A stretch of DNA of 64,000 nucleotides. It comes from Octopus sinensis. Lineage: Eukaryota. The stretch lies in NCBI RefSeq assembly GCF_006345805.1, contig NC_043000.1:67332001-67396000 (forward strand), given 5' to 3'. The notes below the pieces were generated by a model. That model did not search any database and had not been told where the DNA came from. It worked only from the letters and a program-made list of their open reading frames with translations. This document shows positions 51,405 to 64,000 of this stretch, one piece after another. A program made the translations under genes and the position numbers. Each line of letters begins with the position of its first letter. Within the stretch, counting starts at the first letter, position 1.

Positions 51405-51570
51405 TTAGGCACAAGGATAGCAATTTTGAGAGAAGAGAAAACAGTCGATTACAACAACCTTAGTACTTTTTTCATTGACCTTGGAGGGATGAAAGGTAAT
51501 CTTGACTTCTGCAACATTTAAACTCAAAACATTAAGAGTCGTAACTAAATACCACAAGGCATTCTTTATG
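51405..51570 (-). mobile_element. Degenerate Meta-like SINE
   Basis: ggcacaagg..gtcgattacaac..gaccttggagggatgaaaggtaatcttgac..atttaaactca. Confidence 0.65.
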
Positions 51571-52518
51571 AATCTAACCCTTCTGCCAATCCACCACCAT
51601 TAAAGAACTATAAATAATAGTTATAGGAGACACTGTTATTACAATAGCTAGAGAAATAAAAATATGTAAAGCGCACAATTCCCTAAATAGTAATAAGTAT
51701 GAGTTTGAAAGAATGAAAAACAAATTATAAACCCTACGAAAATCCCTTTTAACTTTTTTTTGTAACACATCAGGACGCAGATTAAAATGGCAGCATCAGT
51801 CCTTATGAATAAGTATGAAAAAAAAATAAGAAAAATAATATTAAAAAGATAAACTTCTATGGGTGCGAGCATTAAATTCTTTGCTTTAATTTAATGTAAA
51901 AATGAATTCTTTTGTCTTTATAAACAAAAAATAAATAAATAAATAAAAACATCTTCCATTTGGCAAAAAAAAAGTCAATTGAAACCTGCTTCTCGAAAGC
52001 AAATTTTATATATATTTGTTAACAAATTAGTTTAACCTTACCTACATAAACTGCAATAATGATAGAGTAAATCATGTTTGGTAAGGTAAAGTTTAAGAAA
52101 ATATACAAAATATTTACATTACAAATACATTTCTCTATATTAGTGTTGATAATTAAAGACTACATTTGACAGAATCAAATGATAAAATCCCTATTGCGGA
52201 ACATCTGAAGTGAAACAAGGCATATCTGTTATTGTTTAAAAGTCATTCCTGTTGGTGTTCAATGATTTCTATGCTTAAAGCAGGAAAATGTATTTTTGCA
52301 ATCTATAGTAATACCGGAACATGATATTGTAAATCCAATGAAAGACTGTTGACAGTTAATAAGATTATGTAGTTTAACAAATCATGCAACCAAATTCAAG
52401 ATTGTTTAATATCACTCTTCAATCTTAATCGAAAAGTTTTATTAAAATGTCAACTTTTCTAAAATATACACCATATCTCTAAGAAATTGAGGAACTAAAG
52501 TGAAAATTAAATACATCA

Positions 52519-52567
<49 letters not shown>

Positions 52568-52589
52568 TATTATTATTATTATTATTATT

Positions 52590-53995
52590 GCTTTCGTTGT
52601 TGTTGTTTCATGAAAACTCTCAGATTATTTTCCTGGGTATGATGGAAAGTGTCAGCTGCCCGCGGCCAGCAGTCAAAGGTGACACTTGTTTACTGATCAT
52701 GCTCAAAGGATCCAGCGGTGAACCCTTGCAGTTTCAAGCGATGATGGTTTTTGTTGGTGTTCTATTTTTACTATACTAATCTTTTGGATCCATGTTGATA
52801 GTTGAATACTGATGCTTCCAAGCGCGCCAGTCGCTATTGGTATCACGTCCACTCACTTCATTTCCCACAACCTGAGTATTTTCCCACTTCAATACATCGT
52901 AGTTGTTCACTTTTTCTTCTTTCTCTTTTGTCCTGTTGTAATGAAGACATGCTATATCGAATATTCTTGCCACATTGTCATGTCGTCTTTTGTAATCACT
53001 TTGTGCCAGTTTAGGGTATTCGCTAACAATGTTCCACACTGTTTCACTCCTCTCAGCACACATTCTGCATTTGTCGCTTTCAGTTGTTTTATCAATTCTG
53101 CACTTCACATATTTTGTCCTCAATGCCTGTTCTTATGGCACGCATATAAATGCTTCTGTTGCTATCTTCAAATCACTCCTCTGCCTTTATGACCACCGGT
53201 CTTCTGTATCTTTCTTGGCGCTCGTATCTCTTGCAAACTGACTGTATGTTTCTCCTCCTTTCCATGCCATTGCTTTTTTCGTGCTCTGTTTCTCTCTAAA
53301 TTTCTTTTTCTTACCACTGTTATCACCATCTTCACCATTATTATTTTTTGACATCTGATAGTTTCAAGTAAATTTCTGCTGCGTCACTTTCTACACTTCT
53401 GTGCTACTGAGGTGTGTGCAGCATTGTATGTTCTTTCTTTTTTTGTGTTGCATCAGTATGTTTTGTTATGGTGTTTGGTTTGAGTCATTTGTTATATTAG
53501 TGTTTGTATTGTATGCGAGCCGTGATCTTCTGTTGGGTATTGGATATGTAGAGTACAGTTACGGGGGTTCATTTTATTGGATATTTACTGTTTGAGTTTC
53601 TCTATTTCTGTTTTGGGAACATTCTATTCTCATAAGATATATATCCTCTTACGTTCGCAATTTCCTGATATCTTTGTTTTTCCTCCCTATCCCATATGTT
53701 TCTTTTTTTTATTTCTATGTTTTGGATATAGTGTTGCATTATTGAATGCATATATCAGTTTAATGTAGTCGTCATCTGCCCATCGTTCTCTTTTATGTTT
53801 TGTATTCCGTTTGGGCAGCGTTAACCTTTTGACAGAACACCGTCTCTGGATGTGTGCTGATGCTTCTTTCATATCGCGTTACTCGAAGCTCATGTAATGA
53901 AATTCACCGCTATTCCTTTTCTCTTCACAGTATTATCGCCGAGCACAACCGTTCCCTTCCACGGTTTGTTGCATCTTTTGTGAAAGTCATTTAAA
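52590..53995 (-). mobile_element. R4/Dong-type element A: N-terminal region joined to the post-RT/RLE region (RT apparently deleted)
   Basis: KRERWADDDYIKLIYAF (N-terminal-like) at ~53700-53870, then SDLKIATEA..QALRTKY..CRMC..ETV..RRHDNVA..IPIAIGALG. The 3' end abuts (ATT)n at 52521-52589. Confidence 0.75.
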
Positions 53996-53999
53996 TACC

Positions 54000-54581
54000 G
54001 TGCCTTCGAAGTTTGATTTGTTCACATGTGGAAGCTTGTACGCGTTCGTAAGTATTCGTATGTCTGGCTTGGGTCTAATTCTCTTATTTCATTTGCTTTA
54101 TCTACTATGATGTTGCTACTCTTAACTAGTTTTCTTCTTTTCAAGGTTGCTTTGGCACATTTTTCTAAGCCAAATTTCATGTTTACTTCTTTGGTAAATC
54201 CATATACTATTTGTAGTAATGTTTCCAGCTGTTTATCATTTGTAGCGTACAGTTTTAGATCATCCATATATAAGAGGTGGCTGATTGTTTTGCAGTAACA
54301 GTTATATTCACATCCATTTCTGTTTAGCATGTCAGATAAAGATGTCAGTGCCAAGCAGAAAAGGAATGGAGCGAGCGTGTCTCCCTGAAATATTCCTCTT
54401 CTAATGGGGTTGGCTTTGGTTTATATGAGTCCCGCTTTTGTCTGGAGCTGTAGCACTGTCTGCCATTTATTCATGGGATGCGTTATATATTTTATGATTA
54501 TTGGTACTACCTTGTTCATGACTAGTGTTTCTAGGATCCATGTGTAGAGAATACTTTCGAAAGCCTTTCGGTAATCGATCC
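54000..54581 (-). mobile_element. R4/Dong-type element B: RT core fragment
   Basis: IDYRKAF..WILE, RGIFQGD.L.PFLFCLAL, HLLYMDDLKLY and FGLEKCAK. Closely similar to 10560-10800. The 5' junction is on (ATT)n at 54582-54646. Confidence 0.9.
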
Positions 54582-57157
<2,576 letters not shown>

Positions 57158-57277
57158 CATTATTATTATTATTATTATTATTAAACGCTTTATTATCATT
57201 ATCGTTTGAATTGGACGTAAGTCTTGTCGGTTCCGAACTTTTATTATATTTTGTTGAAAAGAATATATTTACTAGAA

Positions 57278-57708
57278 ACATATAATTGCCAACTAAGTGT
57301 GACGTCCTATACAGGACAGTGCTACTGACGTTTATAGCCCCAGGGAGACATCTCTTCCAGCTGGCTAACGACATACATTCTGTGTCCGATTAGTATTTGC
57401 GAGGGGAGGCCATCGCTCCCATTGTGATACACACAGACTCGAGTTTCTGGGTGGTTACCCGTCCTCAGCGTGTGCTAATCACCAGGTAATGATGAAAACT
57501 CATTCCACTCGCAAAATACTATATGCGTTTGCAGCGACAAACTGTGGCTGATCTCGAAGAAGGGGAAATAAGCTATATTAAATCTCGCAAATACTAATCG
57601 GACACAGAATGTGTGCGTTAGCCAGTTGGAAAAGATGTTTCCCTGGGGCTATAAACGTCAGTAGCACTGCCCTGTAAAGAACGCCACTCTTGGCTAGTAA
57701 TTATATGT
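57278..57708. mobile_element. ~125-bp-arm inverted-repeat element enclosing a hammerhead
   Basis: 57278-57403 is the reverse complement of 57583-57708. No ORF. Confidence 0.85.
57430..57474 (-). ncRNA. Type I minimal hammerhead motif with palindromic stem III
   Basis: cacacg CUGAGGA c gggu-aacc-accc a GAAA cucgagU C ugugug: 6-bp stem I (one G-U), stem III palindrome ACUCGAGU and a GUC triplet. Confidence 0.78.
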
Positions 57709-58029
57709 TGTGATTCTGTATTGCTACTGTTTATATCTCGTTCAGAGATTTAATATAGCTAATATATTTACTGTTGTGAATATACTTACTGTTGTGAATT
57801 TTCGTTAAAACTTTGAATAAGGACCCCTACGTCACACGGTAATACGACTTTTGTGGTATTTTATATGCTCTTCTCTGTTTCTATCTTTCTACTTTGTTGG
57901 AATTTTGGTATTAGTAATATAAGATTCAATGAGGAAGTAGCAAGAAGAACGATTCATTTTACAAGAACTTCATTAAAGAGCATTTTCTCTAGAACAATAA
58001 TAAACAGCAATGGAAACGACAACAGTAGC

Positions 58030-58670
58030 AATTGTAAAAATGTTTTTAACAACGAGAACATTTGCACAAACAACAAAGTCACCACCACCAACAGCAACAA
58101 AGGCATCAGCAGCACCAAGAATAACGAAGAGGACAAAGTAAGTAGGTGACGATTCCAAGGGTAGGTTGTCTTTTCTTGGAATGGTGGAAAAAACCAGCAC
58201 AATATTTCATGCTCTCCCTAAACGACAAGGAGGCACACCTGACTCAAATGGCACAACTTGTGAAAGTGAATAAAAGGAGAGCACAATTTGCAATCCCAGC
58301 GGAAGTTTTGGCGGTAAATGCACGGAAGACGGTGCTGCATTGCCGTGAGTTGGCGAAACCCTGAAACCTAGAAGCAGTAACACACTCTCAAGTAGAAAGA
58401 ACTCCGAAATAATTATGGGCAGATATAGACTGTACAGTATTCGAGCATTGCTGACTTGTGATGTCGAACAGTTAATATCCAGTATAGGATGGACTCAGCT
58501 CTCAGCCGACACCATCCTGAAGATCGCCGCGCCGCAAGAGGCTGTGTGGCGGACGCGACTGAAAGTACTGAAAGCAGACACTTTCCTTTTCGGCCAAGCC
58601 CTCATCGAATTTTTCAAGTTCTATTTGGAAAGGAAGGTGAGAGTGGAGAGGGTGGTGCTTGCCCAATAAA
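58030..58670 (+). pseudogene. Broken coding-like segment, possibly a decayed non-LTR ORF1
   Basis: GC-richer than its flanks, with consecutive short frames (TRTFAQTT.., LVKVNKRRAQFAIPAEVL.., MGRYRL..). I recognise no definitive motif. Confidence 0.3.
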
Positions 58671-59477
58671 TTTGTAAAAATGGGTGAAGGTAACGAGAAT
58701 GGCCCGATCGAATGGATTTACTCTAAGCATGCGCCTATAGAGTAAGGAAGTTTTCCCCTACTATCGAAGTTCATTTTGTAATCCGAATACTTCAACCTTT
58801 CTATCTTTTTACATGGAGCCGAAGCAAAAATTGATAATTAAATACAATTAAGGAACCAAAATTATAGCGTATCCAGAGCATTTGGTTTCAAAAATATCAA
58901 TCTAAGTACACTTGGAGCCTTAAACTGGATTTAATTTGGACAACGAATAGAACAAATTCGAACACGAAGGGAAAATACAATTAGATTGTCCGCAATCAGT
59001 CATATCTGATAATACTTTTCAAAGAAGTTATTAATTCCTTCTCAAGGTAAAATGATCCATGCGTTTCATGCTGAAAATATAGTTGCTTTAGTTTAAACAG
59101 ACAATCTCAGACCAAGTGATTTGCAAAACAAGTAACAATCCAAAATATTCTCAGTTTTATTAATAAATATCTGTTCAACAACATTCTCTACAAAATTGCT
59201 TATAGCTTGAACGGAAAAACAAGTCATACATTTAATTAATTCATACATAATTAACTCTAATCTTATTTTATATCTCGGTTATAATTACATATACATGTGA
59301 TTGAAGAATACATATACAATTTTTTTTTCATATATTTAATTGTTGCAAATATAAAGTTTTTCTTATAAACTTGAACTGGATTGTCACGATATACCATACA
59401 ATAATAATCAGCCGTTATATTTATATATGCTCTCAAAAATACGCGATATCGTGTTTCCATAGCATGACAGCACTTAC

Positions 59478-59503
59478 CTTAACAAGACGTTTTGGAAAGA
59501 AAT
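59478..59503 (-). CDS. Weak candidate 26-bp micro-exon
   Basis: Minus-strand acceptor ctttctacattctcatctag| and donor AAG|gtaagt. Open frames (D)FFPKRLVK or ISFQNVLL. Confidence 0.2.
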
Positions 59504-59986
59504 CTAGATGAGAATGTAGAAAGTGCATTATTACGACTTTCTACAATACATTTCCTTCTAGATATCAAGAAGCTTCTCAACTCCATCTCGAAATGCCAGG
59601 GACTTATAATTTCCCACTAACGTTTATCATATCAATTTAAAAGCTTGCCAACCGTTTTATTCCAATGTATGGAAAGTATGTTCAAATTCTTTTAAAGATT
59701 CTTTGATTTGCAGTGCCACGAGTACTTTTTCCTTGAGCTTTGCTCCACAAATATTTTCTCACAGAGCAATTATATCTTATCTTATATTTGTTTCAGTCAT
59801 TGGACTGCAGCCATACTGAGGCACCGCCTTGAAATGCTTAATCGAACAAGTCGATATCAGCACTTTTTTGAAAGTCATATACTTATCCTTTTGGTTACTT
59901 TCACCAAACCTACGTAACGGGACAAATGACACCGGCTGACAAGCGTGGGTGGGTCAACCCCCCACAAATACACACACACACTATAT

Positions 59987-60120
<134 letters not shown>

Positions 60121-60319
60121 TATGATTATTAGGGAAGATTAATTCCGAGTCCATAGATTAATTCCGAGTCCAAAGGTACTAAAGTGAACTTCTCTCAATA
60201 TTTTATTCATATATATAAAAGTAGTTTTAGAGACAGAACCACCCTCAACTCAATCAACATTGAAAGATATTATACCCGACCGAACCATAAAATATCAAAC
60301 ATGATACTTACTATATCTA

Positions 60320-60830
60320 TTTAGAATCCCATACTTTCCATTTTAAAGACAACACGTGTTTCATGACAGTATGTCGGTATTTTTGAGACATAAGATCTCT
60401 AGTTTCAATACTCAATTAAATCAACGTACTCCCAATCTTCAGGTCTGGATCCTACCCATTTATTACTCTATCTACATTCTATATAACTCTATGATGATTG
60501 AAATTATTTGACTAAAAATCGTTATCATAATTTTACTTTACAAATTAATGAATAAAAATAGAAAAAGAATATGAATGAACCTTAAAAAGTAAAGAAATAA
60601 AAATTTAAGGAATAAAAGAGGATAAAAAATACGAATAAAAAATACAAATAAAAACTACGAATAAAAAATACGAAATAAAAATAAGAATAAAAATAATGAA
60701 TCCAGACCTGAAGATTAGGAGTACGTCGATCTAATTGAGTATTGAAACTAGAGACCTTATATCTCAAAAATACCGACATACTGTCATGAAATACGTGTTG
60801 TCTTTAAAATGGAAAGTTTGGGATTCTGAA
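60320..60830. repeat. ~130-bp-arm inverted repeat with an A-rich spacer
   Basis: 60320-60455 is the reverse complement of ~60695-60830. Confidence 0.85.
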
Positions 60831-60839
60831 TATGTATAA

Positions 60840-61400
60840 TGTAGGCAGCAGAATTAACTCTAAGTCATTGTGGAAAGAAGTAAGGAGGCACCACATGTCC
60901 TTCATTGCTGACAACCTCTAAAACTATGACAGTTGCAGGAAATTTTGTATGCATAACACTTGGAAATTCAGAAGGGTCTGCACATAACCATCTGTCATTT
61001 CTTCTGTTAACTTTTTGATCTTGGTGGAAGTTTTTCTCGTTTGAGAAAAACCAAATCAAATCTTCTTCTGCTGGATTTTTCAGTTTGTTTAAGAGCCTTT
61101 TTTATCTGATGTAGTGATTTTCTTTTGCCTTTTCTGACAAATTGATCTTTCCTCATCATATAAAACTTATATTTGATGTCATCGCGGACAAAATTTCTGA
61201 CTGTTCCTTCTGATACATGGAGATATTTTGCAACTGACCTCATGGACTTTCTTGGATTGTAATCAATGGTCTGTTGAACTTGCTGGATAAATTCAGGTGT
61301 TCTGATGATTTCAGAGCATTTAGAATGTTTTTTATGCTTTGATACTGGTGATACGTTACCATCTTCGCTCCTTACAAACTTTTGGCAACTTTTAAAAGTC
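60840..61400 (-). mobile_element. maT/DD37D-like Tc1/mariner transposase remnant
   Basis: SMRSVAKYLHVSEGTVR, FFSNEKNFHQDQKVNRRNDRW, HTKFPATVIVLEVVSNEG..PPYFF..LRVNSAAY. Confidence 0.85.
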
Positions 61401-61990
61401 GAGATATTTCTAAATCGCTATGCTCAGCATTTATAACCATGCCTCTTCATTTCTTGAGAAAGGTGAGGGTCTGCCATTATTATTTTCTGAAACAAAGATT
61501 ATACATACCTTTTGTTTGTTTTTCGCAGAAAGGTCAGTTATGTAAACAATACAAAAATAGCAATCAGCATGGTTAGCTTTTCCTTCTCTCAGTCTTTTGG
61601 GTACGACAAAACCAATTATATACTCGACTTGAACAAAAATGAGAGAAGATATGATGTGATAGCCACTATTTGTTTTAGTTATATATATGACAACCAACGC
61701 ATTTTTGATATATGGTTCGTCGTTCTGTTTTAGCAATACAAATATCACAAAATATCACAAACATAGCAAACAAAGTATTCATGAAATATACTGATTTAAT
61801 GACAATAATCTCAGAAAGGCAAAATATTTCATAAATAATTTATAACAAAAAAAAACAAAAACAATTATTTATTTCAAAAATTATACGTACCACTGAAAAA
61901 CCGAAGAATTTTGCGGTCAACATCAGAACAACATTTTGACTCACCCCAAATCATATCCAATGAAAATTTTTGTTCACCAGTATAATTTAT
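61400..61990 (-). mobile_element. DNA-transposon 5' remnant with a Cys-rich N-terminal motif (superfamily not assigned)
   Basis: VP..LREGKANHADCYFC..KNKQK resembles the P..WRE..DH..DCYFC motif of a widespread animal transposase family (recall only). Confidence 0.5.
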
Positions 61991-62124
61991 TAAAGTTGAT
62001 AGCATGCATGTATTGCATCTGAGCAGCTCCTAGTTCTAACAGAGAAATTCTATTCAGAATTCCAGTGCAGAATAATGTCAGAAATATCGACAATCGATAT
62101 GATTTTCTCTATTTATCTTTCAGG

Positions 62125-62250
62125 GAAAATCTCGAGATCTTGATCTTAACAAAGCCTTTGACTTTGTAGTTACAGTAGATTTTTACCTATTCTTGAGAGT
62201 ATTGGTTGTCTTTCCTGCCTTTCCTGCAGTTTGAAAGCTTTCCACAACGG
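62125..62250 (+). mobile_element. Short decayed LINE RT fragment
   Basis: Reads DLDLNKAFDFV, resembling RT motif A (D.SKAFD). Confidence 0.35.
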
Positions 62251-63346
62251 CCTTCTCACCCGTATCAAAATTGCACATAATTCGTTTTGAAGTAAAGTCT
62301 TGAGGCTGTATGATCACACTGACTTTTATATATATTTTTCTTAAGTTTTGAGTCACGATCTCAAGAAAATATAGAACTGATGAGAAATCTTTTAATACAA
62401 CAAGTTTGAAAGCCAAAGTTAAAGGGGAAAATTTTTTATCTTAATCATAATGGGTGCTGACCAGTTTTTTAAGTAATAAAAAGGTAAATTTGATTATTTC
62501 TAGTGTTTTTAGTATAAAAAATAATTGCACTACGTTTAAAGGTGCTGATTAGAAAAAAATTAGACATTATTTTCGGCCGAGTAAGCAACGGGTGTAAGTA
62601 ATGCAAAAGTTTTTGCATAATAAAACTTCGTAAACGGGATAATAGCGGAAACGTTTTTGGTCGAGTACTGTTATTTTGTTGCATAACATGTGTGAAACAG
62701 TTTATTTTCAGTTCGCCACTTTGGTATCATATGCATAAGAGCATTATATGAAACCCTATGAGACTCTCATAAACCCTATGAATTATTTGAGTTCCTTCCT
62801 ATGCCGAGTACGTGCATATAAAACGGCAAATATGGCACCTGATGGCAAAGGAAAAGGTGTTTAATCTCACACCCTCGAAAAGATAACGTTACGAGTATAA
62901 AATTCTCTATGAATAACTTGTTAAAATATTAAAGGCATAAATTCTTACTAGAGAATTTTGATTCGAAGATAGCTCATTCTCAAAGTGAATTGTCTTTTAA
63001 AATGTTTTAGATAAATTATGCTCTACTCTTGGAGTCACAGCACAAATGCTCTCGTTTGCGACACTTGTCAGAACTTTTCTGCGAGTTGTGGTAACACTAT
63101 ATTGAATCTTTTCAATTATGTCTTGTCTCACAAGCAACAATCCTAGATTTTGAAACCCCTTGTTGTTTGAATAATTTGAGAAATAATAAGATTCGTTGTG
63201 TTTGATAATTTCACCCTAAACAAGGGAATTTAATATAGATAAGTTTCATCAAATATAGGAAAACTACTGAAAAATAGTTTGAGAAAATTGAAGCTTGAGT
63301 ACAGATGACAAATTTGAAGTTTACCGCATATGCGTTATAATCATAA

Positions 63347-63540
63347 CGGCGGTGAGCTGGCAGAATCGTTAGGATGCTTATCGGCATTTCGTCCATCTTT
63401 ACTTTCTCAGTTCAAATTCCGCCAAGGCCGACTTTGCCTTTCAATCTTTCGGGATTGATGACGTAAGTACCAGTCGATGTAATCGACTAGCTCCTCTCTC
63501 GAAATTTCAGACCTTGTATCTACTGAAGAAAGGATTACTT
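63347..63540 (+). mobile_element. Meta-like SINE
   Basis: ggcggtgagctggcagaatcgttag (A-box), cagttcaaattccgcc (B-box), gactttgcctttcaatctttcggg, and tail gaaaggatta. Confidence 0.85.
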
Positions 63541-63781
63541 TTTTATGATGTACTTCTAAATTTCTTTACATCAATTTGAATAAGGAATCCAAAGCATTTA
63601 CCTTGCTTTACCGACTCACTGACAGATGGAAATTTGTTATCTATAATTGGAACTACAACATTGGTGAATGGAATTTGAGTTCATTCTTCATTAATGCGCC
63701 TCCTTTAACTATAAGAGTTTTTTTTAATGTTAGAATGTGTGGAAACTATTGGAAATAAATTTATCTTCTCTAGCCCAAGAA

Positions 63782-64000
63782 CAGGCATAGTTGTATGATT
63801 AAGAAGCTCACTTTAGCAACCGTTTCGGTTCGGTCCCAATACACGCTAGTCCATCGTGTGTGTATGTGTATAAATAGGTATATATATGTATGTATATGTG
63901 TATATGTGTGGATGTGTATGCGTTTACTTATGTTTCCCTCATCACCACCACTTGCCAACCGGTGTTGGTTTTATTACGTCGCAGTAGCCTAGCGGTTTGA
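63782..64000 (+). mobile_element. Degenerate CORE-like SINE, cut by the window end
   Basis: caggcatagttgtatgattaagaagc..ggttcggtccc..caaccggtgttgg..cctagcggtt. Confidence 0.65.

Noticed and set aside
60385-60760. CTGAAGA...GAAA inside the 130-bp inverted arms
   Set aside because: There is no convincing stem I or stem III, and no UH triplet in the right place.
62375-62420. CTGATGA...GAAA near 62377
   Set aside because: Stems II and III do not pair; this looks like a chance core match.

Overview
This is AT-rich, microsatellite-dense eukaryotic DNA, either intronic or intergenic. The SINE families and simple repeats are most consistent with an octopus or other coleoid cephalopod (inference). 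There is no intact host gene: most computed ORFs are microsatellite artefacts or decayed transposon frames, and I see only one plausible 55-bp host exon (14340-14394) plus a weaker micro-exon. The window is a transposon mosaic. It holds tRNA-derived SINEs (CORE-like and Meta-like), RTE and CR1-type LINE fragments, at least seven R4/Dong-type (RLE) pieces (most abutting (TAA)n arrays, four stacked at 52.6-57.1 kb), four Penelope-like element (PLE) coding remnants, two Helitron remnants, full-length and partial mariner/Tc1/maT copies, a hAT remnant and a Gypsy-type PBS region. The main signal that no ORF explains is about 18 type I hammerhead-ribozyme-like motifs from several unrelated families. 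Several have a canonical core, intact stems and compensatory base changes between copies (best at 12981-13043 and 57430-57474), and many sit in non-coding inverted-repeat elements that look like MITEs. Boundaries were read by eye and may be off by a few to tens of bases, and no ribozyme activity is demonstrated.
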